Assembly: GCA_030390025.1 (NCBI GenBank)
Contig: CM059440.1
Coordinates: 52,638,001-52,702,000, forward strand
Reading direction: 5' to 3'
Source: Squalus acanthias
Lineage: Eukaryota
DNA length: 64,000 nucleotides
The notes beneath the pieces are model-generated. The model had not been told where the DNA came from. It made no database searches and saw only the letters and a list, made by a program, of their open reading frames with translations. Of this stretch, positions 10,479 through 24,299 are shown piece by piece (position 1 is the stretch's first letter; each line of letters begins with the position of its first letter). The translations under genes and the position numbers were made by a program.

Positions 10479-11269
10479 GCTTTGTATTTAATTCTATTTT
10501 CTTCTTTTGTCATTGTCTCCAAGAATTGCTTTAGTTATTTTAGCACCCTGTCCTCCTTTAGTTTAACACTTGCGCTGTGAATTTCTTCGGGCCTTCTCCC
10601 GCTCCGCCGCCATAACTTTGGAAACCCTGTTTTCCTACGTAATCTGACTGCTGCTGAAGTTAAGGCGGCACTGTGTGTGGGGGGGGTGAAAAACCCCAAA
10701 GAATTTCCTGGCAGTTGTCTATGAGCTGAGACACTGACTGAGGGTATTTTGACGATCAGTGTTCCACACACAGTAAACACTGGGAGCTAGAAACCGCATC
10801 CGAGGCTGATTCTTCCCCGTCAGTCTAGGGCAGTAAGGGAATTGCAGCACGTTACTCCAATTAGGAATTGAACCTGGGGCCGCCTTAGTATGGCTGTTAT
10901 ATACTGGCTATGTCAGCTGTACATTCAGATGACCTTCCAAAGAACTATGCTCTAACCCATTGCTACTCCCAGATCCTATTTTTGTGTAAAAGTGGGTGGG
11001 CTAGGAATGGCACTAGTGCAGAGTACTGTTTTAAAAAGATTGCATTGTAACACTACACAGAACTGACTTTAAATTAAGAACCTTATAAGTTTAAGCGTGA
11101 AATGGCACTCTGATGCACCTATAAGATGCAAACCTGCCAGCACTACTAACCCTACCCAGGCTAAAGTGGTTACTCCATACCGGTTCCCCAGAACCACTAC
11201 TGGAACCAACAAAAAGTTCAACCTAAAGTCAAGCTTGTCTCGTCCTCTTCAATACAAGCCACACAAAGG

Positions 11270-13200
11270 GTGCAGTTATTTGGAAATTTGTGAATTTTTG
11301 GAATTCTCTACCCTAGAGGGCTGTGGATGCTCAGTCGTTGAATAGATTTCTGGACACTAAAGGAACCAAGGGATATGGGGATTGGGTGGGAATGTGGAGT
11401 TGATGTAGAAGATCGGCCGTGATATTGAATGGCTCGAAGGGCCGTGTGGCCGACTCCTGCTCCTGTTTCTTATGTTCTTAAGCTGACAACTTGGGAGGAG
11501 ACACGAGAATAACGTGGCTCAAAATAAATCACGATACGAGCGCCTATTCTCACAAAAAGGATCCTCAGCAACTGAAGTTACAAACCAGGGCGAGCCGATG
11601 GGAGAAGTTTATGAAAGAACGGAAGGAGAGAAAGAACCACGTGATGGGAGCAAGGGGGGGACTGGTCATGGTGTGAAAGAAACCAATGCCCTGCACTGCC
11701 CACTCTACTACTTTCGTGTCATGGTTCCACTTTCTTGTGTGTTGTGGTTGAATATTCCCTTTTTTTTTAAACTCTAGCTTTTCCCTCTGTTTATGGCACT
11801 GTCCACTCCAAGCTTTGGTTCATGGAATTTCAACCTTGAAACTGAATACATTTTGCAGTTAAATCTGTCTCCTGAAGCAACACAGACTGAGGCCAACATA
11901 CAATCATATCCTCACGCAGTGATGAATATAATTCTTCAAAATCCTCTGGGTGGGAGGAGACTCGCATGGAGCATAAAAGCCGGCATAGAGCAGTTGGGCC
12001 GAATGGCCTGTTTCTGTGCTGTAGACTCGATGCATCCCAATTTCCAACAATACATGGTGTAGAACTCACAGCAGCTAATCATGGAAAAGAAAAACACTGG
12101 GATCCTCACTGCCAACATTTTCGGTCACAGATCAGCCATGATCTCATTGAATGGCGGAACAGGCTCGAGGGGCTGAATGACCTCCTCCTGTTCCTATGTT
12201 CCAGACAGTAAAGAGGCAATCTGCTCACGGGTCCTGTCCGTGCTGTTTGGTAAATGACCAGCAGGTGGCGGTTGAGACCAGTCCAGGGTGACTTGCTCTC
12301 TTGCTTTCCATCTGTGCCTGGGGAGCTGTTAACTGTTCGTTCATGGCTTAAAAATTCTTCATGAAAAAAAAGCAGAAAAAAAGCAGGACTTACTCAGCAG
12401 GTCAGGCAACATCTGTGGAGAAACAGAAGTCAGTCAGTCGCAAATTTAAGGTTGAAACCAGAAATGCGAGGTTATAGCTATCAGGAAAGGATGAACAGGC
12501 TGGGTCTCTTTTGAAAAGAGAAGGCTGAGGGGTGACCTAATAGAGGTCTTCAAAATTATGAAAGGTTTTGATAGAGTGGATACAGAGAGAATGTTTCCAC
12601 TTGTGGGGAAGAGCAAAGCTCAGGACCATCAATATAAGATAGTCACCAAGAAATCCAATGGGGAATTCAGAGGAAACAACTTTACCCAGAGAGTGGTGAG
12701 AATGTGCAACTCGCCACCACAGGGAGTGGTTGAGGCGAATAGTATTGATGCATTTAAGGGGAGGCTGGATAAGCATATGAGGGAGAAGGGAATAGAGGGT
12801 TATGCTGATAGAGTTAGATGAGGAAAGACAGGAGGAGGCTCGAGTGGAGCATAAACACCAGCAATGACTGGTTGGGCCGAATGGCCTGTTTCGTGCTGTA
12901 TATCCTATGTAATCCAAATTTTCATCCTCCTTTACATTATTAGTGGTGCTGGATCTCCACACTGGTCATCCAGAGCTGCTTAAAACGTTAGGAGGAATCA
13001 TCATATTACTCCAATTAAAATATCACAGTGTTAGAGCAAGGTTCAGTTTAAATATTCAAACAGGCCCCTCGAGCCTGTTCCACCATTCAATGAGATCATG
13101 GCTGATTTGTGACCTAACTCCATATACCCGCCTTTGCCCCACATCCCTTAACACCCCTGGTTAACAGAAATCTATCAATCTCGGATTTAAAATGAACAAT
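11270..13200. mobile_element. Cluster of short CR1 3' fragments and tails in both orientations
   Basis: TQRVVRMCNSPPQ-type translation (12558-12821) and repeated ggccgaatggcct..ctgctcc tails. Confidence 0.7.
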
Positions 13201-13744
13201 TTAGTCCTGACTAGGATGATGCCAGGTCTATGCTGAGTTAGCTGATCTGAGCAAGGCCAATAGTGGGGCACTACATTTGGCTCTGGCTGCAAGACATCAG
13301 TCAGGTTTCCCATTCCTGATCACTGCCCGTCACCCGTGCTGGAAAGAGTGTGTGTGTGTGGATGTTAAATGAGGATCGTGATCCAGGTCAGGTGGATACC
13401 CTCAATGTCCAAACATCTCGCTGTCTAGGCTTAGACATGAAGAAAGAGTAAAAAGAGAAAGAGCTGCAAATGCTGGAAATCTGAAACAAATTCACAAAAA
13501 CACATGGCAGGTCCATCAACATCTGTAAAGGGTTTACACTCTGCCTCAGAACTGAAGATTGGACTCTGAGTGATGAACTAGACAGCTGTTGGCACCTGTG
13601 CACCACACAACACTTGAGTTACCACCTTCAGGGGAGGAGAAAATTGGAGGTAAAATACTCATAAAAGTGTCCCTTTTAGATTGTGGGCAGAAGAGAAGGC
13701 TGAAGTTCGTGAGGAGTTCGACAGGTTTGAGGCCTGGGGAAAGA

Positions 13745-15128
13745 ATTAGTGTCGGAAAATAGTGAAACCAATCTTGATTTCAACACAATGGAGATGCCGG
13801 GAGGAGGAAGAGTTTGCACGACAGTGAATTTGCAGTTAATAAGGAACAAGAGAGGTAAATTCGGGGAAGCACTGACCATAGCAGTATTGATAAAATAGAA
13901 GCAAGAAAGACTGCAGTAGAAAGAGAGGTTGGAAGCTATAGGTGCGAGGGATTACCTATTAGACAACAAGCTTTTTCCTGTCTAGAACGTGAGGAGGGTG
14001 TCGGAAGGGAATGCGTTTACAATTTTCTTGCATACAGCACACCAAGGAATCCTTCCCCTATATTGCTTATCACAAGATGATTATGAATGAGGAAGGCCAA
14101 TAAGCCCATCTTAATTCACCCATTCAGAGAGATCCTAATGTCTTCCCTGTTATGAGGTGTGCATAGGAAATGGCTAAGTTAGGATACCTTGACATGAGGA
14201 GAAAGCATTGAGTGAATGCCTTGAGAATTGCTCGGGATACTGTGGGTCAACCTAGTTTTGGGATAATGGAAAAGTACAACAATGAGCTCATGGCAGCCAT
14301 GTAAGAAAACAAGCAAAAGACGCCTCGGGAACAGTGAACTGGGACCGTCTGCTACAGATAAGGTTAGAACAAGGGAGGAAAAGACTGCAGTTGAAAGGGA
14401 AATACAAAAATGGAACTAACAGAACTCAGTTCAGCTATCCTTGTTTGCTAATCTGTACAAATGTGTGATTTGTAACACAAGTTGAGTCCCAGCGCTGCAA
14501 ACTACATGAGGGGTATGGATTATATGTCCTCAATGGGCCTCCTACTTGTGAGCATATAGACATATATCGCTTACTTGTAGTCTCAGTGCCCGGCAAATAT
14601 CAATAAACATCTGTCATTGTGTCACTGACTCATGGGTCCTTGAATCTGTTAAATACGGTTCATACAACACTCCCATTGTAACATCCAATTGTTTAAGTGA
14701 TTCTAGGATTTTTGCCTCCACTTTCTCTGGAAGTTTATTCCACATGTTGATCACTGTGTGAAGATGAATTTCCTGATACCTGTCCTAAAACTACCTTTTA
14801 CTAGCCTGAACCTGTGTCCTCTAGATCTACTTCGGCAACTTAATTTAAAGTCACATTCTGGGTTAACTTTTTCTATACCTGTAGCAATATCTATATGCCT
14901 CTGAGATCATCTTTCAGCTGCCTCTTTCTAGGTGGGGAAAAAACCCAGTCTTTCCCCTCAGTTCAGAGCCCTGGCACCTGAGAATCAGTCTTGTGGCTCT
15001 TCTCTGCACTGCCTTCAGCATTTGGCTGTCTCTTGCTTCTGGGTGACCAGAATGGGATGCAGTATTCAAGGTTTGGGTGAACAAAGACACTATAAATTTT
15101 GATCGCTCATTCCTCTTCATTATATTCT
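13745..15128 (+). repeat. Segmental duplication block, paralogous to 45975-47483
   Basis: 13745-13950 matches 45975-46175; 14483-15128 is nearly identical to 46840-47483. Confidence 0.85.
14148..14669 (+). mobile_element. Solo LTR (~520 bp)
   Basis: TGTTATG...CATACAACA termini; flanks ttccc/ctccc (4/5 TSD match); AATAAA near 14602. Confidence 0.6.
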
Positions 15129-15670
15129 ACCATTTTTGGGCTGTATAATTCAACATTGGGTCGGCTTTGCTGCTAACCGCTCTGCCTTGGTTGGCCATAT
15201 TTATTGTAGAGTCTAGCAAGGCTCCATGTTCTCTTTCAGTTTCATTCTTATCAATTTCAACACCATTCATGCAGTATACATGTTGTCTATCTTTCCTTCC
15301 TGTGTGTAGCATTTGTCTGCATTATATTTCATCTGCCATTGCTCTGCCCACTTGCAGATGTTGTCCATCTCGCCCTGTAATTTCTAAGCTGCCTCTTCCA
15401 AATCCACTGCTTCTCCTAGTTTGGTATCACCCATAAATCTGACCACTTTGCATCGATTTTCTGAATCCAGGTCATTTATGTAAATTGGAAATAATAGTGC
15501 TCCCAGCACCAACCCTGAGGCACCTGACACAGTACTCCCCTCCAATCTGACCCAACTCCTCTGATGAACACTTACTGTTTCCTATCCTTCAGCCAGTTAC
15601 TTCTCCATTCCCAAAGTTTACCCTGAACCCCCTCAGCCTTGAGTTTAATGATCAAAAGCCTTTTGAGGTA
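14680..15670 (-). mobile_element. Old degenerate CR1 RT fragment
   Basis: MLKAVQRRATRLI-like and CMNGVEIDKNETEREHG-like remnants. Confidence 0.6.
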
Positions 15671-15694
15671 TCGGCAGGGCTTAACACAGTTCAA

Positions 15695-16815
15695 TAGCAA
15701 AATACTGTGGATGCTGGAAATCTGAAATAACAACAGAAAATGCTGGAAACACTCAGTAGGTCAGGCAGCATTGAGGAGAGAGAAACAGAGTTAACGTTTC
15801 AGGCCGAGGACCTTTCGTCAGAACTGGAAAAGGTTACAGATGTAACAGATTTTTAAGCAGGGGCAGGGAAAGGGAGGAGGGGAGGAAAGAACAAAGGGAG
15901 GGACTGTGATAAGCTGGAAGGCAGGAGAGATTAACTGACAAAAGGGATGATGGTGCAAGGCAAAAGGAAAAGGTAATGGGATAAATTAAGAAACAAAAGA
16001 TGACTCTAGATGGGGTGTAAATGGCAATGGTAGAATCATCAACAGCTACCATGTGAGAAAAATTGGAAAAAAATATATAGGGGCCGAGGTTATAGTCTGA
16101 AATTGTTGAACTCGATGTTAAGTCCAGAAGGCTGTAAAGTGCTTAATCGAAAGATGAGGTGCTGTTCCTCGAGCTTACGTTGAGCGAAGGGGAAGGGATG
16201 TTGGGGGTGATAGAGGAGTGGACCAGGGTGTCGCGGAGGGAGCGGTCCCTTCAGAATGCTGAAAGGGGAGGGAAGGGGAAGCTGTGTTTGGTGGTGGGAT
16301 CATGCTGGAGGTGGCGGAAATGACGTAGGATGATCCGTTGAATGTGGAGGCTGGTGGGGTGAAAGGTGAGGACAAGGGGAACCCTATCGTGGTTCTGGGA
16401 GGGAGGGGAAGGGGTGAGAGCAGAAGTGCAGAAAATGGAACGGACGCGGTCAAGGGCCATGTCAACCACGGTAGAGGTGAATCCTCGGTTGAGGAAAAAG
16501 GAAGACATATCGGAAGCACTAGTATGGGAGGTGGCATCGTCAGAACAAATGACTGCATTAGTGCCGTTTCCTGCTCTCGCTCTGAACTGGAAAATTTCAT
16601 TCACGTTGCTTCCAATTTCCACCCTTCCCTCACCTTCACATGGTCCATCTACAACTCTTCCCTTCCCTTCCTCGACTTCTCTGTCTCCATTTCTGGGGAT
16701 AGGCTATTGACCAAAATCCACTACAAACCCACTGACTCTCCCCGCTTCCTGCAAGGATTCTATTCCATTCTCCCAGTTTCTCCATCTCCAACGCATCTAT
16801 TCTGACAATGCCACT
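15695..16815. mobile_element. Penelope-like element fragments with an internal inversion
   Basis: Homologous to 3852-5110; from ~16550 the RT segment (ELENFIHVASNFHPSLTFT) runs on the opposite strand. Confidence 0.75.
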
Positions 16816-16954
16816 CTATCTCAGCCCCCTTCCCTATGTCTGCCAGCAAGAGAATGTGCAGCAAAGGAAAGAGAAAGAGAGCGAGAAAGAGAGAGTGTGT
16901 GCAGGAGCGAGGTAGTGTGAATGTACAGAGCTGAGAGCAGCCTCTGCTGGCAAG

Positions 16955-17043
16955 AAAAGCCTACTGCACCTGGTATTCCCAGGAGGTCTCCCAAGTAGGT
17001 ACTAACCCAGGCCCGCCTCTGCTTAGCATCGGAGATCGGGCGT
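16955..17043 (-). pseudogene. 5S rRNA pseudogene (5'-truncated)
   Basis: Minus strand GCCCGATCTC...GCTAAGCAG...GGGCCTGGGTTAGTAC...GGGAGACCTCCTGGGAATACCAGGTGCAGTAGGCTTTT matches the 5S rRNA 3' portion plus a T4 terminator. Confidence 0.85.
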
Positions 17044-17089
17044 TGTTTTTAAAAGAAATGTATTTATTAAATTAATCCAACATTAAACA

Positions 17090-17840
17090 CACTGGCGTGG
17101 AATTTGCTCTCAGCGGCGCTCGCCGTTCATTACACTTGCAGCTGCCCACAGATTTTCGTGGGCTTTTGAGTGGCAACTTACGGTCATCGGGTGTCTGAAA
17201 CAGCACGGCGCCCTCTACAGGAGATGTGGGGCGTGTGTTAACAGGGCAAGCAACAACGTGCCTCCTCAACCAATCAAATTGAAGAATCCTCACTGAGACA
17301 CGCAGAGTCTAAACCAGGAAGTGTAAGTGAGAATATTTAATTCAATGTAAAATTATGCACAGCAAGCAAAATAAAGAGAGGGAAAAAGGATGGGATTAAG
17401 AGAGAGATAAAAGAGACAGAAAGAAAAAGTTTAAAAAAAAATTTATTTTTAATTTTTTTAAATCTCCAACAATAATTCAAATCTGAAGGAATGAGACCCC
17501 ACACTTGTAAACATAAATTTTCAGGTGCAGTGTGGTTGTTTGGCAGTAATTAAGACATATTACGCTGTTAAAAATTAACTTACACCTGAATGTACCAGCC
17601 CTAACCCTTTCTGGTGTATTAAGTGGGTTAGTATTGCAACTTCACACCATTCATTGTTTGAATGCCGAATCTCTCAGCGAGGTACCAGTGTAGCGAAGCT
17701 TGTGGAGGAGCAGGGCAAATCAGACAGCAACTTCAGGATTTCTGTGTTTAATTGCACATGTGCGGAGGCTGGAAGTTGCTGTCCAATTTACTCTACAACG
17801 GTGAGCGCTAATAGCCTCACCTTTATTCTTACCGCAACGG
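17090..17840 (-). mobile_element. Non-autonomous DNA-transposon-like repeat, related to 38965-39363
   Basis: 17690-17840 reverse-complements 38975-39125 (gtgaggc..gcgctcaccgtt..gtaaattggacagcaactt). Confidence 0.55.
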
Positions 17841-20800
17841 AAGCAGCATGCTATAGAGAGGGCTAAGCAATCCCACAATCAATGGATCAGATCAAAGCTC
17901 TACAGTCCTGCCACATCTAGTTGTGAATGGTGGTAGACCCTTAAACAACTAACGGGTGGAGGAGGCTCCATGAATATCCCCATCCTCAATGATGGTGGAG
18001 CCCAGCATGTGAGTGCAAAAGACAAGGCTGAAGCATTTGCAACCATCTTCAGCTAGAAGTGCCGAGTGGATGATCCATATCGGCCTCCTCCTGAGGTCCC
18101 CACCATCACAGAAGCCAGTCTTCAGCCAATTCGATTCACTCCACGTGATATCAAGGAACGGCTCAGCGCACTGGATACAGCAAAGGCTATGGGCCCTGAC
18201 AACATCCCGGCTATCGTGCTGAAGACTTGTGCTCTAGAACTAGTCGTGCCTCTAGCCAAGCTGTTCCAGTACAGCTACAACACTGGCATCTATTCGACAA
18301 TGTGGAAAACTGCCCAGGTATGTCCTGTTCACAAAAAGCAAGACAAATCCAATCCGGCCAATTACCGCCCCATCAGTCTACTCTCAATCATCAGCAAAGT
18401 GATGGAAGGTGTCATCGACAGTGCTATCAAGCGGCACTTCAGCAATAACCTGCTCACTGATGCCCAGTTTGGATTCCGCCAAGACCACTCGGCTCCCGAC
18501 CTCATTACAGCCTTGGTCCAAACATGGACAAAGGAGCTGAATTCCAGAGGTGAGGTGAGAGTGACTGCCCTTGACATCAAGGCAGCATTTGACCGAGTGT
18601 GGCATGAAGGAGCCCAAGTAAAATTGAAGTAAATGGGAATCGGGGGGGAAAACTCTCCACTGGCTGGAGTCATACCTAGTTCAAAGAAAGATGGTTGTGG
18701 TGGTTGAAGGTCAATCATCACAGCCCCACTGCAGGAGGTCCTCAGGGCAGTGTCCTAGGCCCAACCATAAGAACATAAGAAATAGGAGCAGGAGTAGGCC
18801 ATTCGGCCCTTCGAGCCTGCTCCGCCATTCAATGAGATCATGGCTGATCTTCTGCCTCAACTCCATTCACCGGCCCTATCGCCATATCCCTTAATGCCCT
18901 TACTAGTCAGAAATCTATTGACTTCTGTTTTGAATATACCCAATGACTGAGCCTCCACAGCCCTCTGGGGTAGAGAATTCCAAAGATTCACCACCCTCTG
19001 TGTGAAGAAATTTCTTCTCATTTCAGTCCTGAATGGCCTACCCTTTATCCTGAGGCTGTGGCCCCTGGTTCTAGACACCCCAGCCAAGGGAAACATTTTG
19101 CCAGCATCCACCCTATCAAGCCCTGTAATAATTTTGTGTGCGTCAATGAGATCCCCTCTCATTCTTCTGAATTTAAGAGAATACAGGCCTAGTTTACTCA
19201 ATCTCTTCTCATACGACAGTCCCGCCATCCCAGGAATCAATCTCGTGAACCTTTGTTGCACTCCCTCTATGGCAAGTATATCCTTTCTTAGGTAAGGAGA
19301 CCAAAATTGTACACAGTACTCCAGGTGTGGTCTCAGCAAGGCCCTATATAATTGGAGTAAGACTTCTTTACTCCTGTACTCAAATCCTCTTGTAATGAAG
19401 GCCAGCATACCATTTGTCTTCCTAATGGCTTGCTGCACCTGCACATTCACTTTCAGTGACTCATGTACAAGGACACACAGGTCCCTTTTGAGCATCTGCA
19501 TTCCCCAATCTTTCACCATTTAGGAAATACTCTGCCTTTCTGTTTTTTTTACCAAAGTGGATAACTTCACATTTATCCACATTATATTCCATCTGCCATG
19601 TTCTCGCCCACTCACTGAGCCTGTCGAGATCCCCTTGAAACCTCTTCACATCCTCTTCACAACTGACACTGCCACCTAGCTTTGTATCATCAGCAAATTT
19701 GGAAATGTGACATTTAGTCCCCTCATCCAAATCATTGATATAGATTGTGAATAGCTGGGGCCCAAGCACCGATCCTTGCGGTACCCCACTAGTCACTGCC
19801 TGCCATCCCGAAAAAGACTCGGTTATCCCTACTCTTTGTTTTCTGTCTGCTAACCAATTCTCAATCCATGCTAGTATATTACCCCCAATTCCATGTGTCC
19901 TAATTTTGTTCACCAACCCCTTGTGTGGGACTTTATCGAAGGCCTTCTGAAAATCCAGATACACCACATCTACCGGTTCCCCTTTGTCTACTCCACTAGT
20001 TACATCCTCAAAGAACTCCAATAGGTTTGTTAAACAGGATTTCCCTTTCACAAAACCATGTTGACTCTGCCTAATTAGTTTCTAAGTGCCCAGTTATTGC
20101 ATCCTTTAAAATAGATTCCATCATTTTCCCACCTACTGATGTGACGCTAACAGGTCTGTAGTTCCCCGTTTTTTCTCTCTCTCCTTTCTTAAATGGCGGG
20201 GTTACATTTGCTATCTACCAATCTGCAGGAACCGTTCCAGAATCTATAGAATTTTGGAAGATGACAACCAATGTGTCCACTATCCCGATGGCCACCTCTT
20301 TCAAAACCCTAGGATGTAGGTCAGCCGGTCCTTGGGATTTATCGACTTTTAGTCCCATTAATTTTGCTAGTACTGTTTTTTTACTAATAATAATTTCTTT
20401 AAGTTCCTCATTCTCGCCACACCCTTGGTTTTCTCATATCTGGGAGGTTTTTTGTGTCTTCCTCCATGAAGACAGAAACAAAGTATTTATTTAATTTCTC
20501 AGCCATTTCCTCATTCCCCATTATAAATTCTCCCATCTCTGACTGTAAAGGACCTACATTTACCTTCGCCAGTCTTTTCCTTTTCACATACCTATAGAAG
20601 CTTTTACAATCCATTTTTTTCCTAGTTTGTGCTCATAATCCATTTTCCCTTTCTTTATCAATTTCTTGGTCCCCCTTTGCTGATTTCTAAAAAGATCCCA
20701 ATCCTCAGGCTGACTGCTTTTTCTGGCAACTTTATAAGCTTCCTCCTTTGACTTAATACTAGCTTTAATTTCTTTTGTTAGCCATGGTTGGATCACTTTT

Positions 20801-23175
20801 CCTTTTGGGTTTTTATGCCCTAGAGGAATATATGTTTGTTGCAAATTATGCATTATTTCCTTGAATGATAGCCATTATATGTCCACCTTCATAGCTTTCA
20901 GTGGAGTCTCCCAATCTACCATGGCCAACTTGTCCCTCATACCCTTGTAGTTTCCTCTGTTTATATTGACGACCTTAGTTTCAGATTAGACTACATCACT
21001 CTCAAAATTAATGTAAAATTCAATCATATTATGGTCACTTGTCCCTAAAGGCCCCTTTACCACAAGATTATTGATTAGCCCTTTCTCATTACCCAGTACC
21101 AGATCCAGAATAGCCTGTTCCATGGTTGGTTCCTCTACATACTGATCCAGGAAACCATCTCGCATGCATTCCAAGAATTCGTCCCCCACACCATTAGTGG
21201 TAATTTGATTTGCCCAGTCCATATGTAGATTAAAGTCCCCCATGATTACCGTATTGCCCTTGTTAAATGCACTTCTAATTTTTTGATTGATACTGTGCCC
21301 TACATTACCACTACTGTTTGGTGGCCTATACACAACTCCCACCAATGTTTTCCACCCTTTGCTTTTTCTTAGCTCCACCCAAACTGATTTCAGTTCTACA
21401 TCACGATCTGCCGAGCCAAGATCTTTTATCTCTACCGTACCGATCTCATCCCTTATTAACAGCGCTACGCCACCTCCTTTTCCTTTTTATCTGTCCTTCC
21501 TAAATGTTGAGTACCCTGGAACATTCAGTTCCCAGCTTTGGTTACCCTGCAGCCATGTCTCTGTAATGGCAATTACAACATATCCATTTACTTCTATTAG
21601 TGCCATTAATTCATCCACCTTGTTGCGAATGCTACGTGCATTTAGATAAAGTGCCTTCAACTTTGCCTGTTTAATATTTTTTTGCACTTTGACCCTCTTT
21701 ACTGTTGGCCTTTGTTTCTGCTCGCTAATAGTTTTGCTGACTACTTTTCTAACTTGCACTTCCAGCTTTGTTTCTCTCCATTCTGGGCCCACACTGAGGT
21801 TCCCAGCCCCCTGACAAACTAGTTTAAATCATTCCCAACAGCACTAGCAAACCCCCCTGCGAGGATATTGGTCCCGGTTCTGCCGAGGTGTAATTCGTCC
21901 AGCTTGTACAGGTCCCGCCTTCCCCAGAATCGGTCCCAATGCCTCAGGAATTTAAATCCCTCCCTCCTACCCCATCTCTCCAGCCATGCATTCATCTGGT
22001 CTATTCTCCTATTTCTGCTCTCGCTAGCACGTGGCACTGGGAGTATTCCTGAGATTACTACCTTTGAGGTCCTGCTTTTTAATTTATTTCCTAGCTCCCT
22101 ATATTCTGCTTGCAGGACCTCGTCCCTCTTTCTACCTATGTCGTTGGTAACGATATGGACCACGACCTCTAGCTGTTCACCCTCCTCCTTCAGAATGTCC
22201 TGCAGCCGCTCAGTGACATCCTTGACCCTGGCACCAGGGAGGCAACATACCATCCTGGAGTCACATCTGCGGCCACAGAAACATCTATCTCTTCCCCTTA
22301 CTATAGAATCCCCTATCACTATTGCTCTCCCACTCTTTTTCCTCCCCTCCTGTGCAGCTAAGCCACTCGTAGTGCCACGGACTTGGCTCTTGCTGCATTC
22401 CCCTGAGAAACCATCTCCCCCAGCAGTATCCAAAACGGAAAATATGTTGGAGAGGGAGATGAACCCAGGGGACTCCTGCACTACCTTCCTAGCTCTTTTA
22501 CTCTGTCTGGCAAGGACAGCATTTATTGCCCATCCCTAACTGCCATCTTCAGCTGCTTCATCAATGACCTTCCCTCCAACATAAGTTCAGAAGTGGGGAT
22601 GTTCGCTGATGACTGCACAGTGTTCAGTGCCATTCACAACTCCTCAGATAATGAAGCAATCCATGCCCGCATGCAACAAGACCTGGACAACGTTCAGGCT
22701 TGGGCTGATAAGTGGCAGGTAACATTCGCGCCACGGAAGTGCCAGGCAATGACTATCTCCAACAAGCGAGAGTCTAACCACCGCCCCTTGACATTCAATG
22801 GCATTACCATCGCCGAATCCCCCACCATCAACATCCTGGGGGTCACCATTGACCAGAAACTTAACTGGTCCAGCCACATAAATACTGTGGCAACAAGAGC
22901 AGGTCAGAGGCTAGGTATTCTGCGGCGAGTGTCTCACCTCCTGACTCCTCAAAGCCTTTCTACCATCTACAAGGCACAAGTAAGGAGTGTGATGGAATAC
23001 TCTCCACTTGCCTGGATGAGTGCAGCTCCAACAACACTCAAGAAGCTCGACATCATCCAGGACAAAGCAGCCCGCTTGATTGGCACCCCATCTCCCACCT
23101 TAAACATTCACTCCCTCCACCACCGGAGTACCGTGGCTGCAGTGTGTACCATCTACAAGATGCACTGCAAATACT
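17841..23175 (+). mobile_element. CR1/L2-group LINE of a second family, split by a nested CR1 insertion
   Basis: RT halves at 18066-18632 (KAMGPDNIP, NYRPISLLS, DIKAAFD) and 22593-23177 (FADD, SAAPTTLKKLD). Confidence 0.85.
18768..22510 (-). mobile_element. CR1 LINE: ORF1 SGNH-esterase part, APE, RT and 3' tail; degenerate
   Basis: IGDSIVR...RDLYKLDELHL (ORF1); YLNARSIRNK, ITETW, VYRPPN, GDFN, SDH (APE); FADD (RT). Confidence 0.92.
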
Positions 23176-24299
23176 GATTAAAAAATACCATCCTTAAATT
23201 CCTTTCAGAATAATGGAACCACAAAGCCTCATAATGCTCTTTTAGTCTATATTTAAAATACTCTTTCAGATTTATTCTTCTACCCTTATAAAACAGAGCA
23301 TTCCTTCATGGCACGATCGGGCGTTTTCAGAGTAGTAGGGTAGGCATCTGCTGATTGGCTTTCCCTTTACCCAAAGGCTTGCAGTCCTGTTGTCTAGTTT
23401 ATGTTTCCTTTTATATTCCTTTCCCACCTTCCCCACCTTGCTCTCTTGATCCTCAGGCTTCCCCACACACACAAACTACAAGCCCTACCCTTCATTGCCT
23501 TCCCCTTGCCTCAACCTTCAAAACTCCATCAGCTCCACCCTTCCTTACCTCGCTCACCCACTCACTCACTGCTGTAAAAACGCTGCTCCTTCCTGCCTCA
23601 AAATACACACAATTAGGGAGCAGCTTTTTCTCCTCTCCCAGGCCCGGCTGCTTAAAACAGGCTCAAGCCCACAACCCAATTCAAGACGCCTTTGCCCAAT
23701 TCAGACCAGAACAAGATGTGGGCCTTTCTGCACATTGATAAAAGCCGCCCGCGTGGCCCCAATTTGGCCAGCAGGCCGACCCAGCAGCAGAACGTGCTAC
23801 AAGGAAATGAGCCGAGGAAAGAGAGCGAGCGCGTGAGAGAGCGAGAGGGAAAGAGGGAGGGAGCGCGTACAAGCAATCAGCTAAAAAGGTTTCCAAATGA
23901 AGGCGGTGTCAGTGCAGCACCAAAGCATCAGCCGAATTTTTTGTGCTCAAGTCTCTGGAGAGGGACTTGGAACCCACAACCTTCTGACCCAGACACAAGA
24001 GTGCTACCCACTGAGCCACGGCCGACCCTGTATGTGAGGGGCACTACAGAAATGCAGGTTGTTGTTGTCCAAGTGCCTATTCTTTTTGTGCAGCGACTGC
24101 CAGTAAACTATTCGACTGCGGGGTAAGCCCAACGCTACCCTTATCGGGCATCTGCACTGCAGGAGGGATCAGGAATGGGAATCTCGGATGTTTCTCTTCT
24201 GCTCCGATTGCCCAGGAAGCTGAGGTCAGTTGCATCCATTCCTGTTGATTGTTTCAGCAAGAGGGAGGGAGGTGTTTCTTTCTTTTTCCATCTTTGTCA

